A DNA stretch of 64,000 bases from Octopus sinensis. Lineage: Eukaryota. A model generated the notes under the pieces. That model saw only the letters and a list, made by a program, of their open reading frames with translations, made no database searches and had not been told where the DNA came from. Numbering within the stretch: the stretch's first letter is position 1; every line of letters starts with the position of its first letter. This document shows positions 23,151-35,627 of the stretch, one piece after another. Made by a program: the position numbers and the translations under genes. Where the stretch lies: the NCBI RefSeq assembly GCF_006345805.1, contig NC_042998.1, positions 121,396,001 to 121,460,000 of the forward strand, read 5' to 3'.

Positions 23151-23459
23151 AAAAAAATATGTACACTGTAAATGGAGAGAAAGCAAAAACTGAAAATTTT
23201 CTGAGGATGAATATTCAAGTATGAAATATATAAATATTCATACATTAACAAGGTAAATTTACTGAGTACAAAGACAGAAAATTAAAGGGGAAAAGGTATG
23301 GTGTTACAGGTCCGACAGCTGTTTCTGGGGGCTCAAAGTTACTTCATAATGTTGGCAGATATAGTCCACCAGAATATGCAACCAATAATGGAAGCAAATA
23401 AACATTGGATAGAATTGGCTTCTATCTCCTGTGTGGAGAGATAAAAATCTGACATTTCA

Positions 23460-24480
23460 GATCATGGAAATTTAAAGGTAGAAAGGGTGAAGTGGAAGGC
23501 AAGCAGTAGTGGAGTGAGTAAAGTAGGTAGCTCCGTGTGGGTGAGGGGAGTGCTGGAGCAAGGAAGGGCAAGAAGAGATAAGAGAGTTAGTTAAGGAAGA
23601 TGGAGAGAGTGAATGACCAGGGTATCGAGAGAAGTAGCAGTAGGCATGGAAAGGTAGGAGAAATTTTGGATGGGTAGTATTTGAAGGGTGGTCATTGTTG
23701 TTGGGTCTGTGAATAGATGCTAAGGGAAACTGAGAGATTGAGAAAAGGGAATGGTGAAATGTTAAGGGGAGGGAAAGGGTCCAGTTATACAGGCTTGCAG
23801 GGTGGTGAAGGGGGAATTTGAAGAATGAAGATGGCTTGGCGGCAGAGGGCAAATACTAAGGTGTGTAGAAATATCAGAGTAAATAGAGGGAGGTGAAGAG
23901 AGAGAGTGAAAGGGATGGAAAGGTTAGTAGGGAAGGCAGTAGAAAGTAGTGCTAAGTGGTTTTGGTTAAAGAGGGAATTCAAAGAATGAAGGTGGGTTGG
24001 TGGCAGAGGGAGAATACTGGCACGTAAAAAGCACCATCCGAATCGTGGCCGAAGCCAGTGCCGCCTCGACTGGCTTCCGTGCAGGTGGCACGTAAAATGC
24101 ACCAATCCGACCATGGCCGATGCCAGCCTCGCCTGGCACCAGTGCAGGTGGCACGTAAAAAGCACCCACTACACTCACGGAGTGGTTGGCGTTAGGAAGG
24201 GCATCCAGCTGTAGAAACATTGCCAGATAAGACCGGAGCCTGGTGCAGCCTTCTGGCTTCCCAGATCCCTGGTCGAACCGTCCAACCCATGCTAGCATGG
24301 AGAACGGACGTTAAACGATGATGATGATGATGTATAAGAGTAAATAGGAGATGGATAGGTTGTTAGTCAAAGCAAAAGTAGGTAGTGCTAAGTGTCTTGG
24401 CTGAGGAGGAGCTAGGAGAAGAGGCGGAAAGAATTCAAAGTATGAAGATGGAGTGGCAGTAAGAGGGATGTGCAAAGGTA
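23460..24480. repeat. Purine-rich degenerate tandem repeat (~165-bp period) interrupted by an RTE tail
   Basis: AAGAATGAAG(A/G)TGG(C/G)TTGG(C/T)GGCAGAGGG recurs near 23821 and 23984, and in degenerate form near 24437. Confidence 0.55.
24018..24333 (+). mobile_element. RTE 3' UTR-only insertion (young)
   Basis: Nearly identical to 48720-49033, CpG-rich, (GAT)n end. Confidence 0.92.
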
Positions 24481-26189
24481 ATCTTAAAAAGGAATATCTA
24501 GTAGAAATGGTGGTATTAGTGGAAGGAATACGTTACTAGTACAACGAAGTTGTAGCTTAAGGTTAACTTTAATAAGGGAATTACATAGATTTAACAAAAT
24601 GGGTAAACAATGAGTAGAATCTGTGTTTACATCAGAGAATTATATCTGAGAATCTATTAAGTTATGAGGGTTTGTGGTTGTGAAGGATGGTGAGTGATTC
24701 CCTTAAGCACAGTTTACAAATGTCAAGAGTAGTGATGTACAGGGGAGACTCACTGACGATGTATCAGGACAGGGTGTCTTAATACCTTTCTTCTCAGCAA
24801 TTATTCTGAATACCCTCTCATACCCTATCTATCATGCCTCTCTTACTATAGCCCCTTATATGTCTTATCCCCCATTCTCCACTGCTCCTACATCACCCCA
24901 CTACTTTCTGATCTATTCCCCCTCCTGAGCCAACCCTATATCTTTTATCTTGAACCTCTCCATTCTCTTCAACCACACCATCACTTACTACATTCACCTC
25001 TACCCCCACTATTTTTATGTTACTCCTGCTCACCCTCTTATTAAAATATCCACTCTCTAATCTTCTTTCATGATTCATTGTCTTTATCTTCTCTTATGGT
25101 CACCCTCTTGCTTCTTGAGTGTTTGCTGTAGCATCTCATTACTACCTTCCTTTTATTTTCTTCAACCATGTATCTTCCTTACACCAAGATACCTGTGGTT
25201 GTCCAAAGCCACCCATTTCCGCCCTCTCTCAAATACTCCCCTCTTTTTTCTGCTTCTTTTCTGTTTGCATGTTTACAACCTCACTAGTGTCACTGGCATG
25301 AAAGAAGAACCCAGTACATTCTGTATAGTGGTTGGCATTAGGAAGGGCATCCAGCCATAGAAACCATGCCAAACCTGATGCTGGAGTTCAATGCAGCTTT
25401 ACAGCTCAGTGGATCCTGTTAGACTGTCTAATCCTTGCCAATATGGAAAATGGATGATAATATACACATACACTTGAAATTTGTATATAGCAAATGCCTA
25501 CTAGTGCGCTCATAAAAGCTCCAATGCCACTTGTTGCTGGCTACCGTAATTATTCCTAACCTACCAAGTTAATTATATGGGATTGTTATGTATGCAATAC
25601 TCCACATAGGGTAGGATGAACTTTTTCACAGATGGATATTTTTATATCTTTATCATTGCATTGCTACATATGTTTCAGCATAACGTATTTTTTGGGACTA
25701 CCTCACCACATCCATAGGACATTATTAAATATTATTTATAACATTCATGGACCCTAGAGGGTCCCTAATTCGACATGCATACTTCCTCAGGCAATTTAGT
25801 GTTAATGTTCTTAGACTATTATTTAATAATGTTCTATGGATGTGTTGAGATAGTACCATAAAAATAAGTCATGCCAAAACATATGTAGGCATGCATTAAT
25901 TAGAATATAAAATTTTCATCCATGAAATATTTCTCATTATATGTATACACACGCACACACAGAGTGCAGCAAAAAACCCTCACATTTACTATTCTTGATA
26001 AATATTTCAACAGCAAATGCATGGTGTGCAATCGTTATCATTATGGTAACTGAGAATTAACAGTAAAACATGTGCTACAAGCAGACACTGTTACCATCTG
26101 TTGAACTTTACCAGTGGCAGGTTGCAGTTGAAAATCCTAAGAGAAGTTGGCAGCCTCCTTTAGTATTTTGGTCTATCATAACCTTACCA

Positions 26190-27075
26190 ACTGAAGGTCT
26201 CTGTCATTTGTCTTGTGCCAGTTTATTTTGGGATGTCCCCTGCACTGTTGCCCCAAAGGTTTCTTCTTAAGGACTTGGTTGATAAACCACTTTGTTGGGA
26301 GTCTTACATGTCCCATCTTAGTTGGTGCTTGCAGATGGTGATGGACACTGCTCTTCTGACTGCCTCAGTTATTCCATGTGATGCCTAATATTTTCCTTAA
26401 GCATCCGCTGTCATAAGCATCCAGTTTTTTGGGGGGTTTTTTGCTAGTTTTCAGGGTAGAAAGTATATTAATGTAGAACTGTATTTTGAATTTTAGAGAA
26501 AGATTTTTGCTCTTCTAGATTTTATTAAGTGGGTTGAATGTGACTGATACCTTTCTCACTCTGCATCTATATCTTCATGTCTCCCAAGATAGGTGAAGTT
26601 GCCTACAATCCCTGCTTACTTCTGGTCAATGTAACCTCTCATGGTGAAGTGTGCATCCTAGTCAGCATGTTTTTGATCCTCTAAGTGCTGATGCTGAGGC
26701 CTATACTTGCAGCTGAAGAGCCAACTTCACTGACTAGAAGTCCTGTGTGGATTCTGCTTATGTAGTGATGTTATCTGCAAAATCCAGGTTTACCAACTTT
26801 TCCTATAACAACCATTCCTTGACCTTCATTTGCTTTCTTCAGGACCCAATCTATGGTCAATGCAAAAAGGATTGACAATAACAAGCATCCTTGTCAGACA
26901 CACACAATAACTTCAAGTCTGCTACTATATCAATCTTTTCTTGTAGATTTCCTTAATGTCTGGAAGGACCTTACGAGGTAGGTCACATGCCCACATGATG
27001 TTGCAAAGTCTATAAAACTGTCAACATGAAAACTTAGAAAATCATTTACCATTCTCAATGATGGCTTGTTCTTTA
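26190..27075 (-). mobile_element. Old RTE LINE fragment of a different subfamily
   Basis: Minus translation gives VRQGCLLS..FALTIDWVLK, LDFADNI and LDAYDSGCLRKILGITW. Confidence 0.8.
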
Positions 27076-27119
27076 AGCCCTGAAAGCCAACCTGCACTCA
27101 TTCCTAATATCTCTACATA

Positions 27120-27330
27120 GCTAGAATGACTGTCACCAGGCATTCACCTACTCCTTGCATCCACAAGATCAGAGAGGAAGGGACCTTGTTGAAGATTTTC
27201 TCCAGGCTGATGAATGCTGAGTATAGTGGTTTACTTTTGGTTAAATACCTCTCCTGGAGCTGTCTTTCAAGATAAAGAGCATTAGTAATACATTGCTCTA
27301 GAATGAAACCAGTTTGCATCTCATGCAATT
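27120..27330 (-). mobile_element. RTE RT fragment
   Basis: YLERQLQERYLTKSKPLYSAFISLEKIFNKVP is homologous to FLVRQLHEKYLAKDKSMYLAFVNMEKAFDRVP. Confidence 0.8.
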
Positions 27331-29622
27331 ACAAAAAAAACAAACAAAAAAAACTAAAGGAACTCACATCACATAACAGATATTGCAACATTATTTTTAC
27401 CTCAACACTTTGAGGGTAAAAGGTTGGTATCAGTAGATGTTTCTAAATCTCAAAGATAAAATCGAACTTTTTTAAATGAAGAAATTTGAGTAAATGTTTA
27501 CTCGAATAGTTGCGCACATTCCAAACAAAAACAAAACTTGTACACATGCAATTTCTCCGCACGCCCACAACAAATTAGAAGGAATGTTCCCAAGATTAAA
27601 AAAATGTGCCCCACAATCTTTAATCTGATACCAATTACTTAAACGTTTTGTTCAATGTAGGGATCACTCGGTGGAGAAATTGACATTAGTCTTCAAGCTT
27701 ACTATGGGATCAAATGCATCGCATGCAACTATAAAGTGGTCCATTATAAACCGCGTGTTATTTACATTAAAAGCAACAAAAATCAGCACCATCTGTATAA
27801 AGTAACACTCGAATCAAAGTTATAATAGAATTCCCTCAGGTCAAAGGCCTTGGATGTTATTCATATAACTTCAAGTGGATATTAGTGTGACATGCATGAA
27901 AAAATACCGAGAATAAAGCAGAGGTTAGGATATCGCATTATTTAACCCCATTGTTTATAGTAACTTCGTCAGAGATGCTCTCTGAAAGTGACTAGAGCCC
28001 TAATGTTACAATGTTGTTTCTTAAACTACAAACTTGACGGACAATCCAACTTTCCTAGTCTTTCTTCTCTGTTAAAGGTGTCAAAGGCTTTTGTTAAGTC
28101 AACAACGACGACCCGATATAGAAGCACCTGCTGCCATATATGTGTATATATATATATATATATGTGCATATATATATATATATATATATATCGTCGATCC
28201 CAATATTAATGGCTATGCTTTGTCTCTGGTCAGAATGTTACCGTCGGTTTCGCGCCGACCAGGCAATACTGACTCCTCAGACGTGCTCCTTAATACCATA
28301 CATAGCCACTCTATTACTCACTGATGAGACTTTTTCAGACTTATGGACGACACACATATATATTAGATAGATATGTATGCGTGTGTGCAATGTTTATTAA
28401 GAAAAGCACACACACATTAAATTGTGTCGATATCTGTAATGCATGTGATATGATGTGGGAAGAAACGTAACAAAATATCAAATAGAACCTGATAAATAAT
28501 AAACATAAAAAGATGTCAACACTTCTTGTGAATAAAAGATGTTGAAAGGGGAGACAGTATACAAATTTGCGAAAGAGTAAACAAAAGTGCATGGTCACTG
28601 GCTTAATGTTTGAAATATGAATGAAAAAATGGACAGAAGAGAGGGATATACGAAGTGCACATATTCACACGCGCGCGCAGAAAATATGTGTTTAATCTAC
28701 ATAACACATGGCATATAAAGTTGGTGTGTATGAGGTGGGTAGAGCAGTAGACTATCTGTAGAAAAACTCAGAAAGTTCCATCACTAAGCGGACTTGAGCT
28801 GAAACACTGATATTTTAAAACTTATACTTGCCTTTGATGTCAATAAAGATCGATTGATTGAAATAAATAGGATTTTATCATTAATTATCTTCAGCGTATT
28901 ATCCTTTGTCTCGTAGCTCCGTTTCGATTCATTTAAACACCGACTGAAATGGAGATAGTTTCCGTCTCTGCTTTCATAAACATTTAGAATGAATTTTGCT
29001 TTAAGCTGCTATAAATAACATTCGATGCCGGTTTTAGATCGTAAAATTTTACTCTGAAATTAGTCTTTCTAGACTAATAGAACTTAAGTCGATAATGATG
29101 ATAAGGAGAGTTAAACTCTATCGTTTTTCTATAATTATATTGAGATCGGTGAAATAAACATTAAAAAAAAATCTCGGTGAACCTAGTAAATATGAAAGAG
29201 ACGAGCAAATGCTGGTTCACTACCGAGCTATATTAAAATCGCGGACATAAGGTGCCTCGCACACATATACATATATACATACATGCACAGACGTATGCAA
29301 AAAGTACAACTAGCGCATGCGTACTGACACCTACTGTTATGGCTATCCATTGACCTCTTAGCAACACTCACAGCAATGTCTTAGCCCTATGCTATTACTT
29401 TTTTTTAAAGGAATATTCTTGCTGTTGCCGACTTTATTCTAATATCTCAACATTTATATTTTATTCGTTTCAACATTCACATTTTATAAGAAAAAAAAGC
29501 GATAAAATACACCAGCTTTAAAACACATTTCGTTAAATATATTTTTCATTTCGTTTTCTCTTTTGCATGCAGGTGTATACAATGCAACATACTGAAATCT
29601 TTAATTTTGATTTACTTTACAG

Positions 29623-29711
29623 AACTTTTTAAAATAACAATAGCAATGTAAAGACGATGGAAATATTGGAGAATAAATGGAGGGAAAAAATAGGGAAATT
29701 CGGCGTGGAAG
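29623..29711 (+). other. Candidate 5' leader exon of the plus-strand gene (alternative acceptor at 29573)
   Basis: TTTACTTTACAG| acceptor (also TTTTCTCTTTTGCATGCAG|), GAAG|GTGAGT donor. Contains ATG-TAA at 29646 and ATG at 29657. Confidence 0.55.
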
Positions 29712-30229
29712 GTGAGTCTGCCATAGATCTGAAGATAAGAGATCAGCTGACCTCTTTTGACCAATCAGCGCTCACTTCAGCGCCGTCTCCTCCAAATTGT
29801 TGTTAGTATCACTGTTTAGGTTAACAGTTTTATATTCTCATGGTCTGTTCGGTCGCTTACTATTGTCAGTCTAAGGCTAAACCTTTATTTCTTTTAAGAA
29901 TTTTGTAGATGTAGAAATTCTACGAAGACATTTCACTCGTATTTGGAGTTAATGTTGAACATTTAAAGAAAATTGCTGGTTATTTTCATTGATTGCGTTC
30001 AGCTTGTAATCATGTGATATCGATTGACCAATCAAAATTTTTGGTTGTGAAGCAAGCATATATAAAGCTGAAATGCGAGAGAATTGGAGTAATGCTGGCA
30101 AGGAAGCTCGCGCTGGTATTGGAAATCCGGCGTGGAAAATGGATACAAAGACCCATCCAGCTCTGCAAGGATATAAAACGAATGCTCCAAAAATGTCTAA
30201 AGGGTACTGAAATTATATTTTTGTTTTAG

Positions 30230-30299
30230 GAACTCAAAAAGTGCATTATTTTAGCCATCCGAGGAGTGGGAAGCTCCATTGTAAGGTCCGCCATTGTTC
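30230..30299 (+). other. Candidate 5' UTR exon of the plus-strand gene
   Basis: TTTTTGTTTTAG| acceptor (alternative at 30255), TTC|GTAAGT donor, YY1-like CCGCCATTG just upstream of the donor. Confidence 0.45.
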
Positions 30300-31759
30300 G
30301 TAAGTAGGCTGCCGTTTCGACTCTCTTTTCTTGGTATTTATTTGAAGCGTCAACCTTAGGTTTCGATTTGCATATTTGTTCATTTGTTTTTATAAAGATA
30401 CATAGATCATTTTTATGTAAATATTATACGTAAAAACGCCCTTTAAAATATGTATTTTGGTTGGGATTTAAAACCCTGGCCGCGGTCTAGAAAATAAAAA
30501 TGTCGTTTTAACCGAATCAGCAAATGTCGTTATTTCTTCAACTATTTTCTGTGTCTGAATCACTTCAGAAATTCTCGCAATTAATCTCTCTGCTAATTAT
30601 TGATTTTTTAATGTCGTAATTAACCGATCATAGCTATTTTTATGCCGATATTAAATATATTTTTCATATTAATGGATGTTTCGACGTAAACAAGGGCAGA
30701 CAAAGGTGGGAGGGGGGAAATATATAATATATGGTCAATCGAGATCTTTATTTTATTTGAATTTTCCTTATTTTCACGCGTTATAAACTTGCTCGTTTGG
30801 ATCGTGTCCATTGCCACAGTCCGTGTTGTGCATATCTAGGTAATTGACTGTTGAAGTGTTTGATTATGCTTAAATAAAGCTTCTAAATCAAACCTCCATT
30901 TTGTGGACATCAGGCAGACTAATTTAACAAAATGATAGTGTTAGTTAAGAAGTGATGAAGGAAGTGTTTCAATCTCTATGATGCAGTAAGGTGACAACAA
31001 ATGTTCTAATGATTTTATGTAGTTGTGTGTGTGTGTGCTGCGGCGGTGTGAAGCTGGTCGTTAGTGTTACAGTAGTAGTAGTAGTAGCTGCCACCGAAGC
31101 TTGCTTGCCTCCATTTATTTCCTTCTAGATGTCTCTTGGATCTTTTTCATTGGCCCCATTTATTTTACTCTGCAGTTTTTGATTTCGTAGAAGCTATCTA
31201 ACTTTATTGATGTTATTGCCTATGAAACGGTGTACTATTTCTGTCCTCTTCAGTTCGATCTTTTCGAAGGCGGCGGATGGCAGCAACGAAGCGCGCCTCT
31301 TTCTTCACAACTCTTAAACGGTTACTGTTACTGTATGGAGCCACTCTTACCCTTACCACGACTATTCACTTTTGAGTATAACAACTTACACTGCATTGTA
31401 TATATATATATACTTTTGTTACTTGTATTTAGTAAAATTGTCACTCTAGATACACTGGTTACAGTCGGCAATTAAATTATTTCAAATCATTAAAAATACT
31501 GCTTTAAAATTTAACATCGATCACCATGATGGATCGATGTAATCGATAAATAATTGGTGCTGCCACTATGAACACACCTCCGTGAAGGAAAATGGATGGC
31601 TTCACTTCTTCCTTCGTTCTTGTTAAGCTGTCCTAACTAGTGTACAAAGGTTTCAAACAGGAAGTACTCTATAAACCTAACTCTACACTGACTTGATTTA
31701 CTGCTCAAATCTCGCCTTTTAATATCTTCTCTTCACTTAAGATGTTTAGAATAACTTAC

Positions 31760-31900
31760 TTTCATATCGTTCTTCCTTGATGGGAAGTCTTAATTCTGAT
31801 ATAATGCAGTGAACTTGATTCTCCAACTATCTACCTTTATAAATGGGCGGACACACTTCCTCGTCCTTACACGTGGTGTCACCGCCATTTGGCAATGGGT
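31760..31900 (-). other. Candidate alternative first exon of the minus-strand gene
   Basis: Minus AAATGGCGGTG (YY1-like) near the start and AAA|GTAAGT donor at 31759. 5' boundary approximate. Confidence 0.4.
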
Positions 31901-32079
31901 ACTCAAACGACCTCATTTCTACCCGTCTTCTACCTTTCTTTATTCACTCTTAAAACAGTTTTTTTTTCCTTTTGAATTTAAATAAAAATTTTACGTTTTT
32001 AACAAGCTGTTTTCTTATTTTATTTATTTATTACCTGCTGTCAATCGTAATTTATGGTGGGAAATGAAAATTGACTTAC

Positions 32080-32290
32080 GTTTAATCTGGAGAAGTATTT
32101 AATGAATCTGTACACTATGGTGGACGATTGTCGCGTACTGTCAAGTAAATAAGAAGATAGCGCAGTCAGTTTACAAAAGCTGTGTGTATGTGTGTTGGTA
32201 GCTGAATAGTGTGAAAGCCGGCCCAGCTCGTTCATCTGTTGCCAGGGCCGGCCACATTACTACTGCTTATGTTAAGTAGGCCATCGTCTT
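32080..32290 (-). other. Candidate first exon of the minus-strand gene
   Basis: Minus AAC|GTAAGT donor at 32079, second donor CAG|GTAATA at 32034, GC/CpG-rich leader-like sequence, no upstream acceptor seen. 5' boundary approximate. Confidence 0.5.
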
Positions 32291-32855
32291 AAAACTGCTC
32301 TCTTTACTCTGCCGCCAAATCATAAACCTCCCCCCCCCCCATTATCTTTCCTTACCCTCCCGCTTTCTCTAGTATTATTATTACATTATATATATTAGTC
32401 TCGATTAGAATATTAACTCGAGCAATACAAAGATAATCGAATTAATAATCGACAGTTTTTATTCTAAAGTAACTCTGTTCCATCTATGTATCCAAACATT
32501 TCCTTCTTTCGTTGATAGAAGATAAAAATCTCTTCAGATCACTATCGACCGCCATATTTTTCTAACGTGTTTCTTTTAATATCAGTTGTATAAACAGCTG
32601 CCACTATATATACATACATATATAATCTTCGGCCTAAGCAATAGTTCTATAGTGATTAATAATGAAAATAGTTGTATTGTAAAAATTTAGCAACATTATT
32701 AATTTGGCTTGATATAAACAGAAATAAAAGTTATGTAATTGGAGATAATTATTTCTAAGGTATCTCCTATGACTAATACATTAGCAGTTTCATTTTTAAT
32801 TGTACAAAACAATATATTCATTTTAATTAGTTTCTTATATTTCTGTGAGCTGAAG

Positions 32856-35169
32856 TTGAGAAAATCAAGCATTGTGTTGCTCTAAGAACATGAGATACTT
32901 GGTTTCAGACTAATATTTTTCTTTTTAAAACAGTCCAAATAATGTGAAATGACAGCCTTCTTCATTAGTCCCAGGTCAGCCTACTAGAGTAAAGATGATC
33001 AAGGCTATCCCAGCCTTTTGCATATCTAGGACCTACATTTTCCTCTTGTAATATTGTTTGCTGAAAAGTGTGGAACATGTGTGTCAGTAGGAAGAGTTGT
33101 TAGCTTAATGATTCACTAACAACTGGTAATTTATTGATTGTTTTGGTCTGCTCTCTCCTCGTATTTAGTAGTAGCAGCATGTCCTGTTCGCTGTCTTTAC
33201 AAGTAGCGGTAGCAGTAAAGTGTAGATGATAATAATCATAGTATTAGTTGTAGCACCAAGATATTTCAATATGGTCAAGTAGGACAAATAGAAAGAATAT
33301 ACTTTATCCAATATATTACTCATGAACACTGCTTGTATTTACTTTCTTCACCCTCTCTCTCTTTGCTGCTGCCGACTAAAGGCGATCGCCAGCACCCTGC
33401 TGCTTCTGTCACTCCAGTTTCATTATTCATTCGGTCGCTAGTATTGAGTGGTGTAGAAGCTATTATGAGCTAGATTTTTCAACTTCATTATAAGGGTTTT
33501 TAATTTTCAAATAAGTTTAATTTCACTTAAGTTGATTGAAACTTTCGAATCGATTTCATCGAAAGTTGTCATTTTAAAAATGTCTTACATTTGTATAGGT
33601 ATTTAAACCAAAGGATATATTAAAATAATGGAGATCTTACAGCAGTGATATCGGGAAAACTGAAATATAAGATTCAGCAAATGAATGGCTTAAGTGAAAG
33701 TTGATTTTTGTAAATTAAGCATGCAAACTTGTAAAAAATAAACATCTCTGTATAGGAGGAAGAGAAATGACATTATACAAGGACTAATTAAAGACTTAAT
33801 CCAATAGCCTTTTCTTTTTGCATGTGTTCTAATGAAATCCGAGTGAAATATTTAACTACAAATGTCTTCAATTAAAAGATATTTCATAATTTGGTGTCTC
33901 AGAGATAAGTTTTTTCGTCAGGAAAACGTTCATCAATAATTTCTTAGCAATCTCTGCTAATGAACTTTATGCTGTCAGCGGTTATTATGTGTCCTTAGTG
34001 AGAAAAAGCTTATTTAACGTTAAGACGAAATTTTGACCACTATGTAGGCAAGGGGTGACACAGGTTAGACTTACATCCAACATTTGAACAGGTTTTTGAG
34101 GCTTCAAAAATGTTCGGCTATTGTATTTCATTTCTATACAATTTACACAGCATAAAATGTTTGATAAAAAAAAATTAACGATAAGTATCAATATATTCAG
34201 GTAATTACGGGTGAGAGACATTGTCACAGATGGTGGCAGCTCCTCGTCGAAATAAGATTTATGTAAACAAAGATGACACTATATGTCGGGATGACGGTAT
34301 TATTGCGTGTGTGTGCGCGTATATATATTATCTGATAGTGACACTGCAATATGTGTGTTTAATAAATCCTTTTTGAATATTAGGTTGTGAGGCGCATGTC
34401 TCAAAGTTTTTAATACATGGAAATAACTTGAAAATTTGAATGAAATATTTCTAACTACCAGCGATGAATGCAGTTTAAATGGGAGGGGGTCGTTCTGCTT
34501 ATTAGTGAATGAACTCTGCAATCAATTTTTATATTTTACGGCTATTGAGATTTTAGAAAATGTTGATAGATCTAGTGACATTTAATTTTTTTTTTTAATA
34601 AACTAATCGTTAAGATTCGTAATTTTGTATTGATATTTCACGCTACTTCGAATGATTTTACAGCGAAGGGCGTAACTCCAGAAAGTATCCCTGGCTTTAT
34701 TTTTCTATAGCTTTCTTTAAAATGCATTAAAAATTAAAGCATTTTCTTTTTGAGGGGGGGGATTTACGATTATCTTGATGGTTTCTTTTCTAGCATAACA
34801 AAATATTTATGCAATATTTAAAGCACTCGCCACTCACAAAATTTCCAAAACTTAAATAAAGTCGATAGAGACCATCTATGTTTCCTCGGATTAAAAGTTT
34901 CTTTTTTTACAAAATATACATTTTCAAGGAAGGGGAAAACAAAGTTGGTTTGGGGTTACACTACTGTAGGTTATGCAGTAATTAATTAGATGATGAATGG
35001 ACGGCTTAGGTTTCATTCAAATAAATCATAATTGAGAAAATCAAGCATTGTGTTGCTCTAAGAACATGAGATACTTGGTTTCAAACTAATATTTTTCTTT
35101 TTAAAACAGTCCAAATAATGTGAAATGACAGCCTTCTTGATTAGTCCCTGGTCAGCCTACTAGAGTAAA
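32856..35169 (+). repeat. 138-bp direct repeat pair (32856-32993 and 35032-35169)
   Basis: TTGAGAAAATCAAGCATTGTG...CAGCCTACTAGAGTAAA occurs twice, with three substitutions seen by eye. Confidence 0.9.
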
Positions 35170-35565
35170 ATTATTGAAGCAAATGGCTGAAAAGTTCATT
35201 CTTTTCTGGTTAGAGAAGTACTTCTGGCAGTGTCAAAATAATTCGTCCTGGAAGCTTCTCAGCTGTGTAATTTAAGCCACATCTTTGTCACTGTGTACCT
35301 GTGTGTAAATTGAATATATATCATATTAGCCTTTAGACATGTTTAGTGGAATTTTGAGTTGACGCTAATTTTAATTCAATTTAATAATAATTATATATAT
35401 GAGAATTTTCCAAAAAAATTGGTATGCCTTAGGAAAATGGTTTAACATATCCCCAATTTGATTTATGGAGAAAGTGGGGAAGTTGTTTTCAGAAAATGCT
35501 TTGTGAATCCTTATAAAGCTTTGAACTGTGAGTGTTCAAAAGGAAGATATTGAATGCTTTTCCAG

Positions 35566-35627
35566 AAGGTAATGTGAAACATTCAGCAAAATTGTCAAAA
35601 TGGAAGTAGGTCAGACAAAATTCTTAG
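35566..35627 (+). other. Candidate alternative 5' leader exon of the plus-strand gene
   Basis: GCTTTTCCAG| acceptor, TAG|GTAAGT donor. Contains ATG-TGA at 35572 and CAAAATGG at 35600. Confidence 0.45.

Larger units (their letters stand above)
27400..34900. promoter_or_regulatory. Extended CpG-retaining, repeat-poor promoter region shared by two divergent genes
   Basis: Visible CpG retention and near absence of TEs. NRF1-like GCGCATGCG at 29313-29321, CCAAT boxes at 29761 and ~30029, YY1-like CCGCCAT near 30288, 31883 and 32549, strong splice donors on both strands. Motif function is inferred. Confidence 0.65.
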
